Source: Jimgerdemannia flammicorona (Eukaryota). Taken from it: a DNA stretch of 41,753 bases. Numbering within the stretch: position 1 is the first letter of the stretch; the number at the start of each line of letters is the position of its first letter. The DNA is taken from the NCBI GenBank assembly GCA_003990765.1, contig RBNJ01000098.1, forward strand, positions 1-41,753. Reading direction: 5' to 3'. Both the position numbers and the translations under genes were made by a program. The notes under the pieces are model-generated. The model was given only the letters and a program-made list of their open reading frames with translations, was not told the DNA's origin and ran no database searches. Positions 1 through 12,419 of this stretch are shown here, in pieces.

Positions 1-3000
1 TGGTTGTACTTGATATAGCGCCCGCCAACCCCGATTCTATGAAAATCCTGGTGGAGAGTCCATGCACAAGATGTCATTGGCGTTCTGGATGTTGGCATGA
101 TTCCAGCACATGTTAGGGAATCCCGGTCCGGGGCCGACTTTAACGACTTGCGGCAACATGCTGTTCTCGTTACTGGTGAGAATATCAGTATTCTCGCAAA
201 TGAGAGCGACAGAAGTACGTTGGTCAGGTTTAGAAATTTCAGGAACCCGATGCCGTGCAATTTTGGGTACGCGTTTTGCGGTATGTTGGACGAGTTTGGC
301 GATGTTGACGGGACCATCATGGCTGTTACTGGCAGTTGTTCGACGGGGGATTGCAGAGGTTGACTAGGATGTGTATTCAGATCTATCTCCCTTTCTAGTC
401 GGACATGGTTATCATTCGTAGTTGTTCGACGAGATTGTGGGGTTGGCTGGGATCTGTGTCCAGGTCCTCATCCATATCTAAATACTCGATAGGAACAAGT
501 TGAATATGGACCTGAGACACTAGTCGTCCAAATGCGACACATAAGGTGCCGGCAATCTCCGGAAGGAATCGTCGCTCTTGCTACCTTGCGAGCGTGGTTT
601 CTAATGACTCGGAGGTGTTCGCAAAATGAACTGGACGATATGCGCGGTTTCCTAATTGGTCGACCGTTTGGGCTTCTCGATATGGGTACTGTGGGTGGGA
701 CGTTGTGAACACGAAATGTGGAGAAAGCCCGATGGCCTCGCTATTGCGCTGTCTAATCATCGCCGTCGAGACTTCCGCGATGGTATCCAGTGGTGTGCGA
801 ATAATTTCGGAAACACACAACACTTAGAACAGGCAACCGGTAACCTCCCTTGTGCAAGCAAGACACTTGTGGAGCCTTTCGTAAGTTTTGGTTACACACT
901 TGCGCCATTGAACATTCAAATTGTCCTGCCGCACCCTTCTCGCATTTTCAACGGCTTTTCGTTGGGTCATGACTTGTATGGGCGGGTTTTCGGAAGCGCA
1001 TTTTGCGTTTATGCTGTCGTTGGCATTGATATTGACATTAGCGTTGAAATTGGCATTGGCGTTGAGACTGGAGCCCGAGGGACGGCATCCTTTTCGAATC
1101 GAATACGAACATGGACCTTACCATTGCTTCGAGGTCAAGGTTGTAATGGATAGCGACGTCGACACGGGTGAAATGGCGGCAGCTACTTGGCGTTCCGACG
1201 AAGTGCTTTCGCCTAGTTGTACGACCCACCTTGGGTTTGGAAGATGTGGAGTCCATATGGATACAAGCAGTTTCGGGGTCTGTTTTGTTAACAGCCGCTG
1301 GGCGCTTCTTTGGAGCTACGGTGTGGATAATAGTGCTAGCAGCGGCGTAGCGCTTGGAGGATGCAGCCCCATGGCTCGTTGTAGAATCAACCACGGCGAC
1401 GTCGCTGTAGTGGTTGCAGGGCTCGTAGTTATAGATGCTATAGGACGCGTCGTGGAGCATGCCGCTAAGCGCCTTATGCTTGCAACTGTGGGACGTGTGG
1501 AAGTAGCAAGAGCGGCGCGCGTCGGGGTAGGACACGCGGGGAGCGACGTGTAATCGGCCGCGCGGCGCGTCGTAGAAGTGGCCATGTGGCGAGACGACCT
1601 TGAGTGTCGCGGTGGAGGCATCGTGATATAGCGCATCGCGGTGGAGTGCGTCGTGACCGACCGACGTTGTTGCAGCCACGCCTTGAGTGGTGGAGCGCGT
1701 GGCAAGGGAGGGCATGGTGGAGGAGTGCGTCGTGATAGAACGACGTAGTTGTAGCCAGCCTTGAGTGCTGGAGCGCGTCGCAAAGGAGGGCATGGTGGTG
1801 GAGCGCGTCGTGGTGGAGCGCGTCGCGATAGGCGGGGCGCGAGGGAGCAGCAGCCACAGGACAGCCTTGACTAGTGCAGTGGAAGACGTCGTGGTGGAAC
1901 GCGTCGTGGTGAAGCGCGTCGTGATAGTGCCAATGGGGTACAATGTAATAGGGCCTCCGGGGTGCGACGTTGTTGCGGACGCGGAACAACCTTGAGTGGG
2001 GGAGCGTGTCGAGTTGGAGGGTCGGGATGGAGGGCGTCGTAGTGGAGCGCGTTGTGGTGGAGCATGGTGTCGTGGAGCATGGTGTGGTGGAGCGCGTCGT
2101 GGTGGAGTGTGTCGTGGTGGAGCGCGTCGTAGCAGCAGCCCCGGGACGTCCTTGACTAGTGAAGCGCTGCAGTTGAAGGCTTCGTGGTGGAGCGCGTTGT
2201 TGTGGAGCGCGTCGTGATGATGCGAGTCGTGATAGGGCCAATGGAGTACGTTGTATTACGGCCTCCGGGGCGCGACGTTGTTGCGGACGCGGAACACCCA
2301 TGAGCGGTGGAGCGCGTCGAGTTGGAGGAGGTTGGGATGGAGGGCGTCGTAGTGGAGCGCGTTGTGGTGGAGCACGTTCTGGTGGAGCGCCTCGTGGTGG
2401 AGCGCGTCGTGGTGGAGCGCGCGTCGTGATAGGGCCCGCGGGGCGCGACGTAGTAGCAGCCACAATGAAGGGCGTCGTTATGGAGCGCATCGTGTTGGAG
2501 CGCGTGCCCACGGGGCTCCTCGTTGTTGCAGCCACGGGCTGGCCTTGAATAGTGGAGGGCGTCGCGGTGGAGGGCGTTAAGGTGGAGTGCGCCTTGATGA
2601 GCGCGTCGTGATAGGGCCAGCGCAGCGCGATATAGTAGCCGCCACGGGCCGGGCTTGAGTGGTGTAGCGTGTCCCGGTGGAGGGCGTCGTCACAATGAAG
2701 GGTGTCGTTATGGAGCGCATCGTGTTGGAGAGCGTGCCCGCGGGGCTCCTCGTTGTTGCAGCCACGGGCTGGCCTTGAATAGTGGAGGGCGTCGCGGTGG
2801 AGGGCGTTATGGTGGAGTGCGCCTTGATGAGCGCGCCGTGATAAGCGCGATATAGTAGCCGCCACGGGCCGGGCTTGAGTGGTGTAGCGTGTCCCGGTGG
2901 AGGGTGTCGTCACAATGAAGGGCGTCGTTATGGAGCGCATCGTGTTGGAGCACGTGCCCGCGGGGCTCCTCGTTGTTGCAGCCACGGGCTGGCCTTGAAT

Positions 3001-3260
3001 AGTGGAGGGCGTCGCGGTGGAGGGCGTTATGGTGGAGTGCGCCTTGATGAGCGCGCCGTGATAGGGCCAGCGCAGCGAGATATAGTAGCCCCATTTCCTT
3101 CAATAGAGCTTCCTAAAAGAAAATAAAAATATGCAAAAAGTCAATTCTGATATATCAACTGTCTCTTTTTTTCATTACGATAAGGTAAGATATTAATTAT
3201 ATAATCAATACTCACTCTCCCTCAACCCCTCCGACAGTGCATGCACACTTGCTGCTGACA
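1..3260 (-). pseudogene. Decayed 3' continuation of the gene above: His/Arg-rich repeat exon followed by unique sequence running off the window
   Basis: Reading through two stops (TAA 3261, TGA 3222) reaches a GTGAGT donor at 3215. A 103-nt intron ending TTTTAG at 3113 joins in phase 0 to EALLKEMGLLYLAALALSRRAHQGALHHNALHRDALH. Downstream are frameshifts and stops, a KCLACTREVTGCLF Cys cluster near 820-870, and an open frame over ~1-315. Confidence 0.45.
1550..3090. repeat. GC-rich hierarchical minisatellite: 15-nt core GTGGTGGAGCGCGTC inside ~310-bp and 220-230-bp higher-order units
   Basis: CACAATGAAGGG(C/T)GTCGTTATGGAGCGCATC recurs at 2461, 2691 and 2911. GCCTCCGGGG..CGACGTTGTTGCGGACGCGGAAC recurs near 1953 and 2261. 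Confidence 0.9.
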
Positions 3261-4521
3261 TTATTGTCCCCCACCCGACTTTGAGGACCAATAAGTTGTG
3301 CATACTGGTCCGTAACTCTCCCTAATATTGAATAGATACTGTTAAACCTTCAATCCTAGAATATCAAAACTATGACATCACCAAAAATTAAAGGAAATGA
3401 TAACCTCTTCGCAGGCCAAGGTTCAAACTCAATGCCCTCCATAGTATTACTGGGATATTCAACTCCCTCCATCGGGTCATAGTATTCAACAGGAGCAGGC
3501 TCGACCCCCTCCATGGGGTCACCACACTGCTGTATGCCGGCCATGAGATCGTCCAGCATTGAGATAGGCAACGGGGTCAAGATCGGAATGAAGTTGCCTA
3601 TAGGATTGACAAGTGTTTTCAAGATAAGACAATATCCATGCACTGGCGAATGGGAACTGCAAATGGTTGGTGACTTTTGCTATCAGTGTTCTTACCAGCA
3701 GCGGGTAACCCATTCTCGTAGCATGGAGGAGATGGTAAATAGGGAAGTGGCTGGGGTGGCGGTAATCCCCTTGCACCTGGTAAAATATATGGTTTAAAAG
3801 GAATGAGAACTATAGAGCATTATTGTATATACTATATGCAGATAACATTACCTGAAGAAAAAAACTCGTGGGATTGCCCGATTCCGGAGTTGCAGAAGGC
3901 ATAATCTTGAATGACGTTGGAGGCGCGGCCGGCATTAGCGCGGACATTGTTGGTTTCGCGAGGGGGGGGGCCAGCCTTGAAGGAGCGAAAGGAGGCGTCG
4001 AGGTGGATGGCATCAGCGCGGACGACGTTGGTGTCATGAGAGGTATGACGTAGGAGGGGGCCAGCCCTAGTTCGAAAGGCGGCGTCGAAAGAGGTATGGC
4101 GCAGGCGGGGGCCAGTCCTGAAAGAGCGAAAGGCGGCGTCGAAGCGGACGGCATCATCCCGGAGCTTCCGGTTGTGGAAGGAATCTTGAAGACTGGAGCG
4201 GAACGCCTCGGCACGGGAAGTGTCGAAATCGACTGCACTATTGCGAAGGGTGTCGGAGTCATCGGAGCTGAGAGCACGGGTAGGGGAGTACGAGGGAGCG
4301 TCGGGTTGTGGGCCACACCTGATAGAGAGATGGTAGAGGAAAACGTTAGGCTTACGAATGTGATATTGATACGCTGCGTGGGTGGATGCATGTTTGTTTA
4401 TTTACGTGATAGACACGAATTTGAAGTTTGTACGGAGAACCATCACCAAGGCCTGAATCACGAGAATGATCAGGACCCCAGTGATGGTTTCCAGCAGGGT
4501 CGTCAAGGTGGAGAATGTCAT
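3261..4521 (-). CDS. Spliced 5-exon gene of unknown function (~305 aa) with an N-terminal hydrophobic segment and short internal repeats; possibly the intact 5' part of a longer decayed gene
   Basis: Exons 4521-4406, 4318-3852, 3776-3696, 3597-3405 and 3321-3261 join in phase through GT-AG introns of 87, 75, 98 and 83 nt (intron 1 has CTAAC). Product: MTFSTLTTLLETITGVLIILVIQALVMVLRTNFKFVSITCGPQPDAPSY...FDAAFRSFRTGPRLRHTSFDAAFRTRAGP...GARGLPPPQPLPY...DPMEGVE repeats...RESYGPVCTTYWSSKSGGGQ*. Confidence 0.65.
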
Positions 4522-5679
4522 GGTGTGTTTAGGTTCTGGATGCGAAAGCTTGAAAGCGTAGTAACGTAGAATTTGCCACCCATCACCAATTGTTTATGGT
4601 TGCCACCATTTGTGACGTCATCAAAATTGGAACAACAATGGAGGAGGGAAATCGAAAGGTAAGTCTTTATAGTTTTGAACCAACCTGGATCTGGCGTGAC
4701 AAAGTCTTTGCTGTTACCAGCACCCATCTCCGAGACTGAGATACGGTTGTTAATATGTGGGTTATTATTTTCTTTTCTAAATGGTGGCAGAGAAAGGGAG
4801 ATAGGGTAGAGGTGGATGTAGCACGTGATCGACGTGATCCAAATGATCCGTATTATTTGGTCCTAAACTGCAACCAGACGAAACTTGTCTGATCGGCCGA
4901 TCGTTCCGTTCCCACGTAAAAAAAAGAGAAAAGGGGGAGGGTGGTTGATAATGACAACCAAAGGCAGAACATATATTGGCAATTGGGTGATTATTGATTC
5001 GGCATAACTATGGTTATTGGCATAACGCCAATTTTTGGTAAGAGGAATGCAGAATATTGGCCCAGGTTAGTTGCAAATATGCTTATATTATCAGAATTAC
5101 AATTTAGGCAGAATAAATTTTGGTATAGCGATATTGTATTCCCAATAACTGTCATTTTGCAAATGTAAAATACGATGTTTATGTTGAGTCCCTGTCAGTT
5201 CCATTTGTGGCGATGTCTCTTGTCTCGATCAGGACGTCCCGCCTTAAAACATTAAAAAATTTTGGACAGTTTTACATGGATACTAGGCGGGCCGTCGAGG
5301 CAATCAGGCTAATTACTGACGCGTATGAGGCCTCGCCTCTTCCTTCGCCTATTACATTCAGCAGCTCCCACTCGCCATACACGAGGCGCCGGATGCGTGC
5401 TGGGAAAATAATTCGAATAATCTTTTTCAGACATGATTCCATGGTTGCAGAGTTGCTCGTATCTGTCCAATTTTGAGGGCATCTAATGAAATAATAAACT
5501 TGGCTAAGTAAGCTTGAATGAAAAACAAGTTGCTAAATCGCCAACATACGCGAATCCAAATACCAAACCTGTTCTTTTCCCACACGATCACTCCTTTTCC
5601 TATCGTAAAGGTAATAGACTATCCCGCTTCCGCTCCCTAACGTAGTTACTGTCTCATGCAATCGGATGACGACTTGCCG

Positions 5680-5800
5680 CTGGATTACAATTTACAGCCG
5701 AGAAGCGGTTTACGGCCGGGAAACGATTTACGGCTGGGAAACGATTTACGGCTTGGCGAAGATTTATCGCTGAGCGACGATAAACCGTTGGGCGACGATT
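5680..5800. repeat. 18-nt degenerate tandem repeat (GGGAAACGATTTACGGCT), about 6 copies
   Basis: Directly visible; translates as AVNRFP repeats on - and FTAGKR repeats on +. Confidence 0.75.
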
Positions 5801-7540
5801 GGCGGAAGAGGTGACGAGCTGAGTAAGCGACGCATTACGACCATTCTCGCTGGGCCACAATCAGGCTCGCTGTTAATGAAGAAGAACGACGAGTTGTGAG
5901 CAACGCAACGACTTGATACCGGACAATTATTTACTGCAGGACAACGATCTGTAGCTGGGCGACGCTTTGCCGATTCAACCTTGCTAGCAAATTAGGGCTA
6001 CGTTACGACGACTTACTTTTGGGTGGTAATAGTGCAACAACTTGCCACGGGGGGTGACGCATTGCGACGCGGCAATTGAACTTGAGGGGTACGCCGAAAG
6101 TCGCTGGGAGATGGTTAGCCGCTATGAGAAGGCAAGCCGTTGAGGTATGAGAACAGCTGAGGATGGTGATGGACGAAATGAAGAGGGACGGCGGAATGGC
6201 AGAGTGTAGCACAATATGCAAGAAGAACTTCGTCTGTTTCAAAAAACGTCCACGGTCACGTGAGCACCTTCGCCACATTTCGACTTTTGCGAAATTCAGA
6301 TATCGAATGTATGTACATAATTGTTGGTTAATGCAGGAGAGCCTCGATGTTGGCAAGTGGGTTCCAATGCAATATCACAGGCTCCCCAATTATTTTCTGC
6401 TAGAGTCTGATATGGAGATTTTTTTTTTTTTTTTTTTGCTATTTATAATCCTTTTAAATACATTTACCTTATAAAAATATATATAACCTGGCTTGCAGGT
6501 ACTTATTGATTTGTTGCATTCCCCTACAAGTAGCCCTGAATAGACCAATTAGTTGAGGTTGCAGTCTATAAGCCAAATATCTATTAAGTGCAAATATGAA
6601 AAGTTCCTCCTCAAGCTCTCTTTTAAATTCTCAAATTCACCTATCTGATTTGTCACTCATTTCTGCCAGCTATAGATCAGGAACCCTGGAAAGTATTGCA
6701 TATATCAAGACTGGGTAAGTATGTATGATACAAAGAAATATATTCAAATAAATTGTTTGTGTTTTGAACAAATGATGGGGAGGGGGCTGCAATAATATGT
6801 CAAAAGCACGCGCGAATTAGCGAAATGGCGTAGTGGCAAAAAAAAATAAAAATAAAAACGAAGTGTTTCAATAAGGCGGAGACATAAAAATGTCGAAATG
6901 GCAGGCGAGGAGCAGAATGCGTGACAATCTTGGGGCCGCAAAAATGTCATGTAAGGAAGGATGGAAATCGAAAAGGGGAAATAAGGTTATGGGTAATGTC
7001 GATCTGGATTTTGGGAGGATCTATAATAAATAAGGCATATTAAAGAAATGTAAATAATACTACCATGTGGCTAACTACCGAGAGAAAAAATATTTTAATA
7101 CCAGGAAAAAGAGTGGTAAATTGTTTGAAGGGGAACAGCGTCATGAAATCTCCCAAAGCAGAATTACAAAGATTGTGCATGGGAAACGGTCATCTGGCAC
7201 ATAAGACACAAAGGTGGACAAGCAGGGTCCAGCGAAACATCCATATGCTTAAGGAGGAGCTCATCTGCCTTGTAGGCGAAACACGACGAGTATTACCTCA
7301 CCATAGCAATAGTAGTAGGTTAAACAACAATCTACAGGAAACGACATCTATATTCGAAGTATTGAACATGGGCGAGTTAAAAAGAAAAACGTATAGGGTG
7401 ATGCGATATATATGTATGTAGGTAGCCGTTCGCTGATTGCGCCAATTTCACTTGGAATACTGGTGGCTAAGCAAATTAACGGAAATATGTCACTCTGCGA
7501 ACATTTATATGGTCTCAGCCCAATCTCTCATAAATTAAAT

Positions 7541-7629
7541 GAAAGTGTAGCTTAGGAGTGAGTCCCTCCGATGATGGATGGTTTCAATTCCCGGAGGAGG
7601 GAGCTGGGTTCGATTCCCGGCCTTACGCA
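7541..7629 (+). tRNA. tRNA-like pseudogene or tRNA-derived Pol III element, with a tRNA-Gly-like 3' end
   Basis: Intact T-arm/B-box CTGGG-TTCGATT-CCCGG followed by CCTTACGCA. A-box-like TAGCTTAGGAG at 7548. CCTCCG/CGGAGG stem between them and an oligo-T tract just downstream. The acceptor stem does not pair and there is no canonical anticodon loop. Confidence 0.5.
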
Positions 7630-9284
7630 CTATATATATTTTTTTTAATATATTTTTCGTCGATTGGCCTGGACTAGTTACGTCACCCAGGCCAATCGAC
7701 TGACTGGCCAAAATAATCGCGTGGCTCCTTGCCCACTTAGTATACCTCCCGATCAGCACACCACTCTCCCATTCTGGCTGAACGATTTCATGAATTTTCC
7801 TCACTCACGCGCGGTTCCAAATTTTTCTCTCTCTGTGCCAACAACTGCATTCCTCGCGTGAGGATCCTGCAGTCCTCCCCCCTAACCAAGAAACATTTCC
7901 GTTCTGTTTGTGTTACCATGTTACTCTATTTTGTTACCAACCTGACAGCCCTCCTCGAAAACTTGAGACCTTCGGAATACTCTAGCTATTAGCTCCCGAA
8001 ATTTTTGAGATCATCTGAGCCTTCGCTGTCTTTTTTCTTCCTTGTCGCACATTACCTACTTTCATGAAAACCGTGGACTGCCAACGAAACTGGCTCAACC
8101 ACCAGCGGATGTCCTAACCATCACCACGCTACCCATCTAACTCCGCGCCTTCACAACGAACCCCCGAACCTCATTCGCAAAAGCCCAAAGTTCATCTCAT
8201 CTCACCAATGTCAAATTTGAGCACAGGAACACCGTCGGCGTCTCGAAATTGTTTGCACTACAACTACAGCACGACTATCACAACTAAGGGTGCGTGAACT
8301 TTGAGACGGTGCTGGGCCTCGGAGAATATGCTGGTGTTAGTTGTTTATTTGAAGGGCATGCCTGTGATGAAGGCCACCCTACGTTTGAAGTTTTTAAAAG
8401 AGACGGAGAGTGAGTGGATGGTTCCTATTATTGTTTTTTTTTTTGCCTTGTCAACTGAAATTCATTTGAATGCCAGCACATGTTCGCCCTCCGATCTATG
8501 TTCAAGGAGCGCTTCCTATATCTTTTCCAAGATATCCATTCGCTATACCAAGAGGTTGTTGTATTACATGAGAACTGAAAAATAAAAAATTCCTAACGGC
8601 GCCGGAGGCAATTGTCACAAAATGGTTGTGGTAAATGATTTCTAGGTTAAGAAAGTTTATTACTTCAGTTTTCAAGTTTATATCTCCACATTCATTTTCA
8701 CCATCATACCATAGAACACCATTCTGCTAGGCATGACATTTGTAAAAATGAGACGACGATTATATGTCCTCCCCCTAGTGAAAATAGTTTCAATGTTGTT
8801 GACATGCTGCACAGAGCCCATCGGGCGATCTTCCTGCATGCTTGTAGTTTACCTCGTTGGATATTCGTTTCATCACTTTCAGACGACATACTTACGATTA
8901 TAAGATATTGTGAGACATTGCTGGATTTAACGCGCCTTCCACCCAGAAGCTTTAAAAATGCACTTGATCTCGATGTAATTTTCGGTAGATTTCTACAGGC
9001 GGCTTTCGATCGCTCTTGGAGGAGCCCGTTCCATCAAAAGGGCAAGCGCGGGGACTTGGGAATCGGTACTGTCTTCTACTTCCTCTGCCTTTCTCCCTTT
9101 CAAATTCCTTGATAATTCCAGATATGCCTTTGGCTCAACACACCTCTCTTTTTCTTTTACTACTCTTGTTCTGTCTGCATTTTAACGAACTGGTCAATTG
9201 GACGCATTCTTGTTCAACACATACGTCCAATAAATGAAAATATGCTGAAAATTACTGACCAAAACCAAATTTTGACCATGTCCA

Positions 9285-11070
9285 ATTATACAAAACAAGC
9301 AAGATGAACACTAGAATTCAAGAATTCAAACTTTCATTCCCAGAATTCGCTCCCTACGGTTACATACTCCCCACAATTAGATATTCACGATTAGGCAATA
9401 CATACATTTTCCTTTCGGCTTCTCCTCCTACAACTCCTACTGGCCGACGCTTTTCTTGGCCTTGCCATTTACATGTCCGGCTATACGAACAAACAAATGA
9501 GCATTAGCATTCAAAAATTCACACCGTCATCCCAGCGTTCTCTCCCCACGGTTAAATGTTCCCCACGGCTACATACCAATACACATTCTTTCCCTTCGGC
9601 TTCGCCTCTTCGTACGACTCCTCCAGGCCAACGACCTTTTTGGCCTTACCCTCTACATTTCCGGTTATACGAAAATAAGCAAGAGGAGCATTAGTATTCA
9701 ATTATTCAAACTTTCATTCCCAGGATTCGCTCCCCAAGGTTACATATTATCGAATAGGCAATACATACTATTTCTCTTTGGCTTCTTCTTTTCACTCAAC
9801 CCCTCCTGGCCGAAGTCCTTCTTGGCATTGGCCTCTGCACGTCTGGTTTATGATAACAATTGTACGAAAACAGATGCGATGAACATTATTATTAATATTT
9901 CACCACAAATCTCTGCAGACATTTACATATATACTATATACAAGGGAGCACATACTTTTTCACCTTCGCAGCTCCTTGTCAACCAAATCCACTTCGGAAG
10001 GCCGAATGCCGACCTCTTCTTCAGCCTTGGCCTCTTTGTGTTCAGTTGTATGAAAACGAGCAAGATGAAGATCAACATTCAAAAACCATACTTTCGTCCT
10101 CAGAATTTGCTCCCCAAGCTAACATAATATATATCAGAAAATAATACGCTTTCCCCTCCATTGCTCCTTTTCTTCCAAATCTACCTTGGGTCAACATCTT
10201 GCTCTGCCTTGCCCTCTACATATCTAGATAAAAGAAAACAAATAAGGTTAAAATTAGTTTTCAAAGCGTTTGAAATGGATAGAACATAATGACAAAATTT
10301 TCCACACTTCCTTTCCTACCCACAGTTATTTACTAAGAAATACATACTGTTTCTCCTGGGCTCCTCTGCTTCTCCTAACTACTCCTCCGAATGCAGAGGG
10401 CCGACCTCCTCCTTGGCCTTGTGTTCTGCATGTTCGATTGTATGAAAACGAGCAAGATGGACATTAGAATTCAAAGCATTTTGGATAGCATCATATAATA
10501 ACCGTAATAACTCTGCTCTTTCGTTTTCGGTATTCGCTGCAATGCATAAACGTTATCTGCAAGAAAATACATACTCTGTCCCCTTAGCTGATCTTCTTGC
10601 TCCAATTCCTCCGAATGCAGAGGGCTGACCTCCTCTTTCGCCTTGCGTCCTGTATGTTCCATTGTAATAAAGTGAGGGAAATGATTAAAATTGAATATAT
10701 TAGGGAGAGAGACATATTAGCCAAAAAACTACACACTTTAATTCCCAGCATTCCTTTCAACGCCTACATTACAGCTATCTAAAAATACATATTCTTTTCT
10801 CAAGACAACTCCACTTCCTCTAACCCCCCCTCGGAGTACAGATGGCCTATCTCCTCAGCCTTGCTCTCTGCGCATGAAGAAATTAGTATTCCATTCATTG
10901 GGAATAGAATCATACAAAAACAAAACAATTCCACATTTTCGTTTTCGGAGTTTGCCACCCTCTTTAACATATTATCTGAGAGACAATACCTATTCTTCCT
11001 CTTTGGCCGCTCCTCCTCAAAATCATCTTCGGAACACAGGGGGAATTTGTAATCGACGACCTTTACTAAT
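9285..11070 (-). repeat. Tandem array of about 9-10 exon+intron modules (~180-220 bp) encoding Lys/Glu-rich peptides
   Basis: On the - strand most units have a GTATGT donor, a CTAAT branch point, a pyrimidine tract and a YAG acceptor (CATGTAG/CATGCAG). Measured exons are about 63-78 nt, 3n, phase 1, e.g. GKAKKVVGLEESYEEAKPKGK and ANAKKDFGQEGLSEKKKPKRN. Some contain stops. Confidence 0.8.
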
Positions 11071-11319
11071 GGGAGAAGGCAAGACAAGAAAATATTTTGG
11101 CGAGAATAAAAACCACATACCAAATGACTTCAATCAATACATCTAATGCATACCTCTTCTGAGCTTCATCCCATCCGCGTGGCGGTTGTCGTCGTACGTC
11201 ATCGTCCTCGCGCCCTTCGTTTTCCTATTTTCACCACCTGTGTTGCCCAGTGAGATAGAGAAGGAAAGGAAGGAGGTTAGTAATATTTAACGATTTAAAG
11301 CATCAATACCATCGCCCTT

Positions 11320-11785
11320 TATGATCGCCACTCCACGTACCATCTGTTGGGTGTCAAAAACGGAAATAACGACTCCTGACCCAGCATCGCTTGGCGAATA
11401 ATACGTACCCTGGTGTTGCAAGAAACTCTTGCACATTGCCGTCCCACTTCTCAATCTAGATGAATACGAAATTGTCGATTTCGCCAACGCTAATTGTCTT
11501 GAAGATATTCTTGTTTTTAACCCTTAGAGATATCTCCATCTCCCGCTGGAAATCGCGCAAGTGAGCCGGTTTCAGCCGTTTCGAGAAGAATTGGACGGCC
11601 GTTGTACGAAAATCAGGATGCCGGGCTTCATGCGCCAAACCGAAAGATCCTGCCCCAGCTCCCAGATCACGGAAAGGTCGGCATTGACACAGGAACCAAA
11701 GTAGAAAAAGGTAAGGTCGGCTTCCTCAGTGAGAACGTATTCGGAAAGATCGGGTTGCTCGTCAGATGGGTCGCCGGGTTGACCT
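11320..11785 (-). pseudogene. Protein kinase pseudogene fragment (subdomains I-V plus start of VIa; no C-lobe)
   Basis: With one frameshift and one stop: WELGQ(G)SFGLAHEARHPDFRTTAVQFFSKRLKPAHLRDFQREMEISLRVKNKNIFKTISVGEIDNFVFI*IEKWDGNVQEFLATP, then a GTACGT..CAG intron and MVRGVA. The spacing of the Gly loop, alphaC Glu (FQREME), KNI and hinge matches eukaryotic protein kinases. Confidence 0.8.
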
Positions 11786-12419
11786 TTGGAGATAGCGAAA
11801 GAGGGAACATATACTCTCTCATATACTTTTGCTCCGTACTTGCTACTCAGAGAACTCTAACACCAAATAAATAAGTATTAATAACAGTATAACATACAGG
11901 TTGGTTGTGAAGAACTATTCTGGAAAACGTTATGGTCGTCGTTCCGGCTCATGAGTTTGGTGTTAAATAAGATTGCTATGGCAACCATAAGACTTCCACG
12001 TCCAAAATAATATCCACTATGTCAATCTCCTCAACTTCATCAATATCATTTATTATGCCATCGATTTCAACTGTTGTCATTCTTTTTCGATGTTGATAAT
12101 ATCTTCCTTTCCTCTTTGGTTAGACTGTTGAGGTGCCTGAGGAAATGCGAGTTGACTCTCCAGAGAGGGGTGGCGCCCAAATAGGTGCCGGACATTGTAG
12201 AGTGCGTTATTGAGGATGCAGTTGAGATGCCATCCAGATTATTTTCGTTTTCGTTTTCTGCTATGATAAATTGAAGCCTGTGCGATTCCTCTTGCATGCG
12301 AAAGAAACGATACCACCTGGTGATGGAGGGGAATTGCAGACCTTTCCGAAATGGTGACGGAGCGCCGATATGTCATCCCGCTTGAGTGTGTTCAGATTTA
12401 AGCCAGTCAAAATGACCTC

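Noticed and set aside
1474-2985. 503-aa ORF as a standalone gene
   Set aside because: It stays open because the GC-rich 15-mer lacks stops. It drifts among three repeat frames and has no independent start context.
3810-4391. 193-aa Pro/Ser/Thr ORF
   Set aside because: It starts and ends inside predicted introns, and the splice phases support a different frame.
4518-4727. MGAGNSK ORF with an N-myristoylation-like start
   Set aside because: Short, stops at the start of the downstream gene, and has no supporting splice link. May be a uORF or chance.
8060-8300. Possible F-box remnant (ITTLPI*L...GVSKLF) or CRIB-like motif
   Set aside because: Too short and interrupted; the two readings conflict and neither is supported by flanking sequence.
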